Made by a program: the position numbers and the translations under genes. A stretch of DNA of 32,000 nucleotides, from positions 1,050,001 to 1,082,000 of the forward strand of contig CP126532.1 in the NCBI GenBank assembly GCA_030167145.1. The letters run 5' to 3'. Origin of the DNA: Ktedonobacterales bacterium. Lineage in GTDB: Bacteria > Chloroflexota > Ktedonobacteria > Ktedonobacterales > JADMIN01. Position 1 is the first letter of the stretch. Every line of letters begins with the position of its first letter. Below are positions 9,748-16,758 of the stretch, in pieces. The notes below the pieces were generated by a model. The model worked only from the letters and a program-made list of their open reading frames with translations. It did not search any database and was not told the origin of the DNA.

Positions 9748-9909
9748 CCCGCGACGGCGGGTTTCGCGGCCAGCGGCCATGCAGGCGCGGTTTCAACCGC
9801 CCGCTCACTCCCCGCAAACGCACGCCATAGCGCAACGAAGCGGCGCCGACACGCGCTTCTCGCGGTCGTGCGCCGCCTTGCCGCAGGCGTGATCTCGCCT
9901 TACCTCGTC

Positions 9910-10443
9910 TTACGCGGTCGGTGTGGGCTGTGTCCCCGTCGTGCCAGCGTTGGCAGCCGGTCCCGCGCTCAGCGCCGCCTGGAGTTTATCTTCGGCTTCC
10001 TTCGAGAGCGACGTCTGCATAATCGTCCCGCCGTACTTGGCCAGTTCGGGTACCACCTTATCTGGCGTGGCCTTGCGCACCACCACGAAGATGGCCGAAC
10101 TGTTTGGTTTCATCTGATCGGTCACTTGCTTGGCAAACTTATCATCAATGCCGTAATCGGCGAAATGGCCGATCAGCGCACCGGTGGCCGCGCCAACCGC
10201 CAGCCCCAGGAACGGCACGAAGAACAACAGGCCAAATAACATGCCCCAGAGCGCGCCGCCAGCGGCGCCCGCGCCCGTCAGATCGTTCGCCTGGTGCAGA
10301 TGGAGCTTCCCGCTCGCGTCTTTCGTCACATACGCCGCATCCTCCAGGTCCACGAGATACGCATTCTGCATCTGCTTGACAGTATCCAGCACCTGCGCTG
10401 CTTTCTGCTCATCTGGATACGCAATCACCACAAGCTGGCTCAT
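9910..10443 (-). CDS. DUF1269-family membrane protein
   Basis: The layout is MSQLVVIAYPDEQKAAQVL...DAAYVTKDASGKLHLHQ, then the glycine-zipper TM region GAGAAGGALWGMLFGLLFFVPFLGLAVGAATGALIGHF, then YGIDDKF...SSAIFVVV. This matches the DUF1269 layout as I recall it. The ATG at 10443 is preceded by AAGGAG. Confidence 0.8.
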   Translation of the reverse strand: MSQLVVIAYPDEQKAAQVLDTVKQMQNAYLVDLEDAAYVTKDASGKLHLHQANDLTGAGAAGGALWGMLFGLLFFVPFLGLAVGAATGALIGHFADYGIDDKFAKQVTDQMKPNSSAIFVVVRKATPDKVVPELAKYGGTIMQTSLSKEAEDKLQAALSAGPAANAGTTGTQPTPTA

Positions 10444-10512
10444 GCCCTTGCTCCTTATCCCATCGTACCAGCGCCGCCCCAAATCGCGAGCGCCATACCA
10501 GACGCTTCATAT

Positions 10513-10528
10513 TGCAACTTTCGTGCCC
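10513..10528 (-). promoter_or_regulatory. Candidate sigma-54 -24/-12 promoter for the DUF1269 gene
   Basis: The minus strand reads GGGCACG-AAAG-TTGCA against the consensus TGGCACG-N4-TTGCW. It lies about 70 nt upstream of the ATG at 10443. Confidence 0.5.
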
Positions 10529-10581
10529 TGCTCGTCTGCTGCCCTACGATGCCGCTCATCCACTCGTGAACAGACACCGCA

Positions 10582-10596
10582 TGGCATAAAGCCTGC
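10582..10596 (+). promoter_or_regulatory. Candidate (weaker) sigma-54 -24/-12 promoter for the proline-rich membrane protein gene
   Basis: The plus strand reads TGGCAT-AAAGC-CTGC. The GG/GC spacing is correct. It lies about 73 nt upstream of the ATG at 10669. Confidence 0.35.
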
Positions 10597-10668
10597 GAAG
10601 AACGGCAGACGGGCAGGAAGACGCATACCGTCGCCAGCCATACGCGCAAAAAAGAAGGAGCGGGTATC

Positions 10669-11655
10669 ATGTCCACACGCGCCAACCCACCGAGACGCCC
10701 GTCACAGCAGTCCCCACGAGCGCCCGCCTCACCCAGCATCATCCTGATATGCACAGTGGTGGCGCTGACTGTCTCCGTACTCATCCTCGCCGCCATCGGC
10801 GTGGCCCGCCTGCGGCCGCTCAGCGCCAACGCGAACCAAAGCGGTAGCAGCGCGCAAGCGCGCGTCCTGCAAGAGACGCCCACCACTGCGCCTCCCACGG
10901 CAACCACCGCGCCTCCTACGGCAACCACCGCGCCCACCACCGCGCCCACCGTCACACCACAGCCGACCGCCACACCACAGCCGACCGCCACGCCACCGCC
11001 GACGCTCACCCCGCTCCCCACTGCCGTGCCAACTGCCACCCCTGCCAGTCCTACTGCAACGAATAACAACGGACTCATCGCGCTGGCCGTCATCGTCGGC
11101 ATCCTGGCGCTCGCGGTGATCGGCCTCATCGTCTGGCTCGTGACCCACCGCGAGCCATCAGCAGCGGAGACCTACCCGCCCGACGTTGTCCATACCCAGG
11201 TCACCCAGACCGAACGCACCCATGGCGAGATGCCACCACCACCCGGCCAGCCTTACGCGCCACCACCCGGCCAGTGGTCCGTCACCGAACAACCAGGGCA
11301 ACCGGCTGGCGGAGAGGGCTACATCGCGCCACCCTCCCAGCCGTCCGCCCCCACCGCATGGCCACCAGATGGCCGCGCGGGCAGGTATCCCGATCAAGAA
11401 GCGCAACCGCCGCAACAACCGCGACCCTCTGCGCCGTATCCACCACGCCAACCGCCCGCGCCCTACCCACAGCGCACCGACGAACAGCGCACCGACGAAC
11501 AGCGCCCACCCGCGCCATATGAGCCGGGGCAAACTGGGCAAGCTGGGCAGCGCCCCTACGACCCCTACGCCCAGCCACCACAAGAGCCGCCTAGCGCACC
11601 TCCACCGCAGCCATACGGCCCACCGCAAGAGCCTTACGACCCCTACGACCAGTGA
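10669..11655 (+). CDS. Two-TM membrane protein with a Thr/Pro-rich linker and a long Pro/Gln/Tyr-rich disordered C-terminal tail
   Basis: The ATG at 10669 is preceded by AAGGAGCGGG. TM segments are at about residues 24-45 and 133-156. The coding sequence contains in-frame tandem repeats. No recognisable catalytic domain is present. Confidence 0.65.
   Translation: MSTRANPPRRPSQQSPRAPASPSIILICTVVALTVSVLILAAIGVARLRPLSANANQSGSSAQARVLQETPTTAPPTATTAPPTATTAPTTAPTVTPQPTATPQPTATPPPTLTPLPTAVPTATPASPTATNNNGLIALAVIVGILALAVIGLIVWLVTHREPSAAETYPPDVVHTQVTQTERTHGEMPPPPGQPYAPPPGQWSVTEQPGQPAGGEGYIAPPSQPSAPTAWPPDGRAGRYPDQEAQPPQQPRPSAPYPPRQPPAPYPQRTDEQRTDEQRPPAPYEPGQTGQAGQRPYDPYAQPPQEPPSAPPPQPYGPPQEPYDPYDQ
10882..10989. 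repeat. In-frame tandem repeats (21-bp x2 plus partial units, then 18-bp x2) in the proline-rich protein gene
   Basis: The 21-bp pair is ACCACTGCGCCTCCCACGGCA / ACCACCGCGCCTCCTACGGCA. The unit ACACCACAGCCGACCGCC occurs twice. Together they encode TTAPPTA and TPQPTA repeats. Confidence 0.85.
11470..11505. repeat. 15-bp in-frame tandem repeat (CAGCGCACCGACGAA x2.4)
   Basis: It encodes QRTDEQRTDEQR. Confidence 0.85.
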
Positions 11656-11724
11656 CACGCTGCGCCCGGCCAGCCAGCATTGCAGCGCACTATTCGCACT
11701 ATACTGGCTGGCCCACCCAGATCC

Positions 11725-13422
11725 TTAGAGATACTTGCCCGCGTGCCGCTCCGCGATAGCCCCCGCGCCGCCTTCGATGTTGTCCAGCCAGCCGTGTTCC
11801 TCATGCACTGGCAACGCCATCCGCTTGCCGTCATCTTCCGTCAGATACGGCAACACATGCCCCACCAATGGTTGTCGCGCCTGCACCCGCGCGCTGTTCG
11901 CCCGCGCCGACTGCTCCAGCAGCAGCAGCCCCGCCAGCGGATCAGCCAGGTCGGCGTGGTCTACCCCTTCGCGCCGCAGATGCTCCGCCCACAGACGCAG
12001 GCGCAGGTCACGCGCCGACGCGGGATCATACACAATCACGTTCATCTCAGCATCCGAATGCACCCCCCGGCTATTCAGATTCGCCGAGCCAGCCGTCCAC
12101 CACACGTCATCCACCAGCGCCACCTTCGCGTGCGTATATACCGGACGATAGATGATGCCGCCGGGCGCCGTCTCGTCCTCACCCGCATTGCCCAGCGTGT
12201 AGACGTGCAGCCGGTCCTCCGCCCCCGAAGTCGCCGCCTGCGCGCGCAGCCATTCGATGCCGCCATCCGTGAAGCGCCGCCCACAATTCGGATGATCTGG
12301 CAGCGCCAGCGCGACATGTGCGCCACGCGCCAGCGCCTCCGCCATCGCGCGCAGCACCTCCATACTCTCGTCGCTGCGCTCCCCCCAGCGCAGGTTGTCC
12401 AGGCCGAGGAAGACCTCAGGCCAGAGATACTGGTTTTCCAGATACACATAGCGCCGCGCCATGCCTAGCGCACGAATATACGCATCCTTGATCGTCGCGA
12501 TGCCCCGCGGCGCGAAATCATACGTCATCGGGGGAATCGTCCGCACGACCTGCGCCCGCACTCCGCCAGCCACCGGCGCGGGCGGCGTGAGGGCAAGGTC
12601 GGCCGGCCACACCGGCTCGTCGTTTCGCTGCGCCACCTCCGCCCAGCGCTGCACGATATTCGTCAGCACATCCGCCACCACTGGACCCGTCACGCGCGTA
12701 TGCACATCGTGCCATGGATGCGCCGACGGCGAATTCGTCGCGGCACGCTCAATCGAGGCGCACGGATGCTGGTGTGTATCCCAACGGTCGTAGTCGCCGC
12801 TCACCTCCACCGTCAGGTCAATGCCCCCCACGAATGCCACCTGGCCATCCACTACAGCGCATTTTTGGTGCAGCGCCTGTGTCAAATGCGTAATGCGCCT
12901 GCTACTATCATCCAGCACACAATCTACGCCCACCGCACGTAACGCCTCGCGCTGCTCAACCGGATCGTTTGTGACGTGGCTCATGCGATACGCGTCCCAC
13001 AGCAGCACCCCCACGCGCACCCCACGCCGCGCCGCGAAACCCAGCACATCCACCACCCGCAATTGCTCAGCCGACCACAGCGCCAGCGCCTCGTCACTAA
13101 GTCCCTGCTCGCGCAAGAGGCTCAGCAGCCGCTCCTGCTCCGCGCTGCCATCCGGCCCCAGCCGCACGTCCCCGCCGCGCACCAGTGGCAGATCAACACA
13201 GATGTCCCACCCCGCCAGCAAAATGTATTCGCGTGCGGTGAGAAACGCCACGCACATCGCATACAACGCCGCCCGCCCATCAATCAACGGCTCAACTTTG
13301 CACCCTGAGCGCGCCGGAAAATCCCCCGCGGCCCACCACGCATCAGCCGGTTGCGGCTGCGACACATCCTGTTGCTTCACGCGCTTTACTCTCCACTGTA
13401 TCCGATTAGCCAGCCAGCGCAT
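11725..13422 (-). CDS. Phospholipase D / cardiolipin-synthase-like protein with two HKD motifs
   Basis: HKD motif 1: HQKCAVVDGQVAFVGGIDL. HKD motif 2: HAKVALVDDVWWTAGSANLNSRG. The ATG at 13422 is preceded by GGAGG. Confidence 0.85.
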   Translation of the reverse strand: MRWLANRIQWRVKRVKQQDVSQPQPADAWWAAGDFPARSGCKVEPLIDGRAALYAMCVAFLTAREYILLAGWDICVDLPLVRGGDVRLGPDGSAEQERLLSLLREQGLSDEALALWSAEQLRVVDVLGFAARRGVRVGVLLWDAYRMSHVTNDPVEQREALRAVGVDCVLDDSSRRITHLTQALHQKCAVVDGQVAFVGGIDLTVEVSGDYDRWDTHQHPCASIERAATNSPSAHPWHDVHTRVTGPVVADVLTNIVQRWAEVAQRNDEPVWPADLALTPPAPVAGGVRAQVVRTIPPMTYDFAPRGIATIKDAYIRALGMARRYVYLENQYLWPEVFLGLDNLRWGERSDESMEVLRAMAEALARGAHVALALPDHPNCGRRFTDGGIEWLRAQAATSGAEDRLHVYTLGNAGEDETAPGGIIYRPVYTHAKVALVDDVWWTAGSANLNSRGVHSDAEMNVIVYDPASARDLRLRLWAEHLRREGVDHADLADPLAGLLLLEQSARANSARVQARQPLVGHVLPYLTEDDGKRMALPVHEEHGWLDNIEGGAGAIAERHAGKYL

Positions 13423-13699
13423 CTCTCGCCTCGCCTCCGCGTTGACCAGTGCGTTCCCTCAGCAGACAACAGCAAATAGGTACCAGAGCGTCATATGCTC
13501 ACCATTCACAGGGTACCACGTACAAGAAGCCGCGTGTCTTCAGGCGCCAGCGTATACGCCGCCATGCGCCGCTGAGCGCGTCTGGGCGGATGTCCTCTTC
13601 CCTTCTCATCGAGAGAGCTATACACTGTGGGCAGGGGCGCGCATCGCTGCCGCCTCCGTCCGACATCTGCATTCAACTTCATCTGAGGCGAGCATTGCC

Positions 13700-14668
13700 A
13701 TGAATAGACCACCCAGCAACCCAACCCGACCCCTGCGTTTGGGACGCGCCAGTGTCACGATACCGCTGCTAGATACCGAAATCTACCGTCCGGGGCCATT
13801 CCTTGCGCTCGGCATCCTGCTGCTTCCTCTTGTGGTATCGCTGATCGTCGCTGCTTTCGCGTTTCGCATCAACCACAGCATGCCCGTCTGGCTGCCCTTC
13901 CTGCTGCTGCTCTGGATTCCCTGCGTACCCCTCCTCTGGCTCGTGATGCAAAGCGTGCGCATCAACACCACCGGCATCAGCGTTGGCAATCCGTGGCGCA
14001 CCTGGCGCACCCTGCCCTGGCCCGAAATCGCGCATGTCGAGCAACGCGGACCCGCTCTGCGCATCATGGATCACGAGGGGCGCAAGCTGACCATCTTCCC
14101 CATCCTCTTGCGCGACGGTTCACGCTTCCGCAGGCATATGCTCCGGCAAGTACCCGCGCGTGCCCTCAGCAAGCCGCTCAGCATCGAGGCCCAGCACCTC
14201 TTGATTACCGCCAGCCATGGCGTCACTCCCAGTGGGATGAGCGTCGCCACGCTGACCGTGCGCCCTCAGCGCATCTGGCATGCCAGCGCGATTGGCGCGA
14301 TGCTTGCCGCCATCGCGCTCGCCCTGGTCGTCATCCTCACGCCGCAAACGATGCTCAGCATCGGCCTGTTCATCCTCGCCGCGATCCTGCTCATCGGCGG
14401 CGCCTATGCCCTCATCTGGCTACAGCAGAGCGCCATGTTCGACAGTTCCGGTGTCAGTGTTTCCCGCCTCCTGCCGCCTCGTGTGGATCATATGGCCTGG
14501 ACCGACCTACAACTCGTCGAGATGTCGCCTTCGCAGATGACCATCCGCCTACACGGCAAGCATGCGCTGGTGTGCATCGGGCCGCGCCTGCTCGCCCCCA
14601 CACAACGCACCGTGCTGCGTGCGCTCCTGCGCGAGCGCTCCGAAGCCCCTGTCGTCACGCGAAAATAG
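13700..14668 (+). CDS. Membrane protein with an internally duplicated 2-TM + PH-like (bPH-type) module
   Basis: This is the in-frame ATG at 13700 within the long shadow ORF 12821..14668. Two TM hairpins are each followed by a similar soluble segment: INTTGISVGNPWRTWRTLPWPEIAHVEQRG...LRIMDHEGRKLTI and FDSSGVSVSRLLPPRVDHMAWTDLQLVEMS...IRLHGKHALVCI. The bPH assignment is from memory of that fold's sequence pattern. Confidence 0.62.
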   Translation: MNRPPSNPTRPLRLGRASVTIPLLDTEIYRPGPFLALGILLLPLVVSLIVAAFAFRINHSMPVWLPFLLLLWIPCVPLLWLVMQSVRINTTGISVGNPWRTWRTLPWPEIAHVEQRGPALRIMDHEGRKLTIFPILLRDGSRFRRHMLRQVPARALSKPLSIEAQHLLITASHGVTPSGMSVATLTVRPQRIWHASAIGAMLAAIALALVVILTPQTMLSIGLFILAAILLIGGAYALIWLQQSAMFDSSGVSVSRLLPPRVDHMAWTDLQLVEMSPSQMTIRLHGKHALVCIGPRLLAPTQRTVLRALLRERSEAPVVTRK

Positions 14669-14693
14669 CGCCAACGCCACCCATCCCCAACTC

Positions 14694-14715
14694 GTAAGGG
14701 CGTCCGGCGGACGCC
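14694..14715 (+). repeat. Dispersed hairpin repeat, family B (GTARGGGCGTCCRGCGGACGCC)
   Basis: The stem is GGCGTCC / GGACGCC. It lies between the convergent membrane-protein gene and rpoN. Confidence 0.8.
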
Positions 14716-14718
14716 TGC

Positions 14719-16209
14719 TCACCGCGCATGAGCCGCGGACGGCAGTGCCCGGTTCCTGGCCGTCGTTTCGACCACGCGATGCGAGCGCCGCAGACGTGAC
14801 GGCAGAATCTGCTCCTCTTCACGATATTTGGCGACCGTGCGCCGCGCGATAGGGTATCCCTCGTCCGCGAGCAGCTTCGCCAGATGATCGTCACTGAGTG
14901 GGTGGCGCGGATCCTCGGCGGCGATGATCTCGCGCAGCGCTTTTTTTGTTGGCAGCGACGCATCGAAAAACGCATCGAAGGAAATCGTATGCCCGTTGGG
15001 CAGCAGCACATACTTGCCATCGGTAGCGCGGCTCACTGTGGACTCATGCAAATCCAGCGACCTGGCCACATCCGCCCGTGTCAGGTTATGTAGCGCGCTC
15101 TCGCCATACCGCAAGAAGTCGCCTTGCAGTGCGATCAACTCATCCGTCACCCGCTGCATCGTCTCCCAGCGCTTATGCAGCGCCGTAATGAACGACTGCG
15201 CTTGATCCACCGACCCCCGGATATGGCTGCGCTCCGCCTCGTTGCAATGCAGGTCCGCCACATGCTTGCGCGCCCACACATATTCGGGATTGACGCGCAC
15301 CGCATACCGTTGTCGCTCCACCACGTCGGCCTCGAACCCCGTACCCTGCCAGCGGATCACCACATCCGGTCGGATCGGCGTCGCTGGCGTGGCAATATCG
15401 CTGCCATCTGGATCGTGTCCATGTGTGGGGTAGGGATGCAACTGATCGCGAATGAACTGCCACTCGGCCTCCACCTTCTTTTGTGGCGCGCCAATTGCGT
15501 GCGCCACCTCGCGGAAGCGCCTGAACGCCAGATCGGGCAGGTGGTCGCGGACCAACGCCTCGGCCAGCGGATGCGCCGCGCCCTGCTCGCGCAGCGAGCG
15601 CAACTGCAGCAGCAGGCATTCACGCGCCTCACGTGCCCCAATACCCGGCGGATCCAGGCGTTGCAGGGCGGCCAGCGTCCGCTCGACATCTGCCCGCGCG
15701 CATCCCAGCGCCGCAACGGCATCGGTGACAATAGTGTTCGGCAGATAGCCATGCGAATCCAGGTTGCCCACCAGATATTCGGCGATTCTCGCGTAGTCAT
15801 CGGCGAGGCTCGCCATCAATGTTTGCAGTAGACCCGCGCCGCGCACGCCGCCAGCCGCGATACGCAGCATCGGATCGGCGTCATCTTCGTAGCCTCCGCC
15901 AGCGGAAGTGTGGCTATCGCCATAGTCGCTGAGGGAAGTGTTCTGGTTCGCAGTGGATACGGGCGCCTTGCCACACACGCTACACGGCTGCCCCGCCGAC
16001 TTCAGCCCCGCGCCGCAATACGGGCAGGCCTCATATTCTTCCACATCCAGGGCCGGATTCGTATCGCGCATATGCGCCAGTGTTCCACTCAGTTCCTGGC
16101 TGGGCGTCTGAAGCACCTTCACCGCGATGATATGCCGTTGCGAGATGCGAGTAGTTGGCGCCGTCTGCATCCCCAGCGCAGGATCCAGGCGCATGTCCAT
16201 CGAGTCCAT
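14719..16209 (-). CDS. rpoN: RNA polymerase sigma-54 factor with a Cys4 zinc-ribbon insertion after region I
   Basis: RpoN box ARRTVAKYREE. HTH segment LDLHESTVSRATDGKYV. Core-binding region LQRLDPPGIGAREARECLLLQL. The ATG at 16209 is preceded by GGAGAGG. The ORF track's GTG at 16245 is possible but has no RBS. Confidence 0.9.
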   Translation of the reverse strand: MDSMDMRLDPALGMQTAPTTRISQRHIIAVKVLQTPSQELSGTLAHMRDTNPALDVEEYEACPYCGAGLKSAGQPCSVCGKAPVSTANQNTSLSDYGDSHTSAGGGYEDDADPMLRIAAGGVRGAGLLQTLMASLADDYARIAEYLVGNLDSHGYLPNTIVTDAVAALGCARADVERTLAALQRLDPPGIGAREARECLLLQLRSLREQGAAHPLAEALVRDHLPDLAFRRFREVAHAIGAPQKKVEAEWQFIRDQLHPYPTHGHDPDGSDIATPATPIRPDVVIRWQGTGFEADVVERQRYAVRVNPEYVWARKHVADLHCNEAERSHIRGSVDQAQSFITALHKRWETMQRVTDELIALQGDFLRYGESALHNLTRADVARSLDLHESTVSRATDGKYVLLPNGHTISFDAFFDASLPTKKALREIIAAEDPRHPLSDDHLAKLLADEGYPIARRTVAKYREEEQILPSRLRRSHRVVETTARNRALPSAAHAR

Positions 16210-16309
16210 GAGCTTCCCATCCTCTCCAAACTGCTTTCGACACACCTTCCCACATGGAACGCCTACTGGATGGCGATAAACAGACGCAAAGCCTGCCGCC
16301 GCACATAAA

Positions 16310-16323
16310 GCAAAACATGTGCC
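16310..16323 (-). promoter_or_regulatory. Candidate sigma-54 -24/-12 element upstream of rpoN itself
   Basis: The minus strand reads CGGCAC-ATGTT-TTGCT. It lies about 100 nt upstream of the ATG at 16209. An A8 tract (16339-16346) lies 15 nt upstream of the -24 element. Confidence 0.45.
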
Positions 16324-16380
16324 GAATGCTACACAACCTTTTTTTTGCGCTCCATACTCGCTCCACAGCCCGCAGTGTTC

Positions 16381-16401
16381 GTAGTGGCGTCCGGCGGAAG
16401 C
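16381..16401 (+). repeat. Degenerate family B copy (GTAGTGGCGTCCGGCGGAAGC)
   Basis: It matches the left arm and loop of family B, but the right arm has decayed. It lies upstream of rpoN. Confidence 0.5.
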
Positions 16402-16580
16402 TCACACCGACATTTCCGCGCCCACTCCCGGCCACCTTGCCGAATACGCCCAGCCCATGCAAGAATGCAAAATGTGTCCTGCGTGTGATGCGTGTGTGCG
16501 GTGTTGATGCATGTGATGCGGTGAACGTGGGCAAACAAAGTACGGTACAGGTCCACACGCGCCGGAGAAATGGGGACGGA

Positions 16581-16712
16581 ATGTATACCCTGGTGGTGCT
16601 CGCGCTCGCTTCGATCATCCTGCTGACGACGACGGTTTTCGTCATGGCGCTGATGCTGCGCAGCCATTGGGGCCGCATGGGCCAACCCCCTGATGGCCCT
16701 GACCAGCGCTAA
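16581..16712 (+). CDS. Candidate small single-TM protein (43 aa)
   Basis: Translation: MYTLVVLALASIILLTTTVFVMALMLRSHWGRMGQPPDGPDQR. There is strong GC3 bias across the ORF, GGAG lies 13 nt upstream, and the stop abuts a hairpin. There is no homology evidence. Confidence 0.4.
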   Translation: MYTLVVLALASIILLTTTVFVMALMLRSHWGRMGQPPDGPDQR

Positions 16713-16738
16713 AAAGCCAGCTCTGCCATCGCCAGAGC
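16711..16738 (-). terminator. Terminator-like hairpin + T5 after the NadD-like gene
   Basis: On the minus strand, a GCTCTG / CAGAGC stem with a 7-nt loop is followed by TGGC and then TTTTT. It starts 21 nt after the stop at 16759 and abuts the stop of the small plus-strand ORF. Confidence 0.5.
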
Positions 16739-16758
16739 GACGGACCGCTCGTCCCTGC

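Noticed and set aside
10552-10570. A possible shared upstream activator motif (GAGTGGATGAGCGG here, GAGTATGGAGCG near 16347-16365), about 23-25 nt upstream of the two strong -24 elements.
   Set aside because: The alignment needs a gap, the similarity is short, and there is no dyad symmetry. It could easily be chance and should only be revisited with genome-wide promoter sets.
10455-11148. Minus-strand ORFs (224 and 139 aa) opposite the proline-rich protein gene.
   Set aside because: The Gly/Val/Arg runs are simply the reverse-complement reading of the Thr/Pro/Ala repeat codons. There is no start context.
12821-13699. The 5' part of the 615-aa plus-strand ORF (12821..14668), which overlaps the PLD-family gene in antisense.
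   Set aside because: Its translation is Ser/Arg/Ala/Thr-rich and low-complexity, with no motifs. The minus-strand frame carries two clean HKD motifs. The real plus-strand gene most plausibly begins at the in-frame ATG at 13700.
16339-16346. Whether the T8 run on the plus strand is an intrinsic terminator.
   Set aside because: No plus-strand gene ends upstream of it. The nearest stem (GCACAT/ATGTGC) is only 6 bp and sits 16 nt away from the T run. It is better read as an A-tract upstream of the minus-strand rpoN promoter region.
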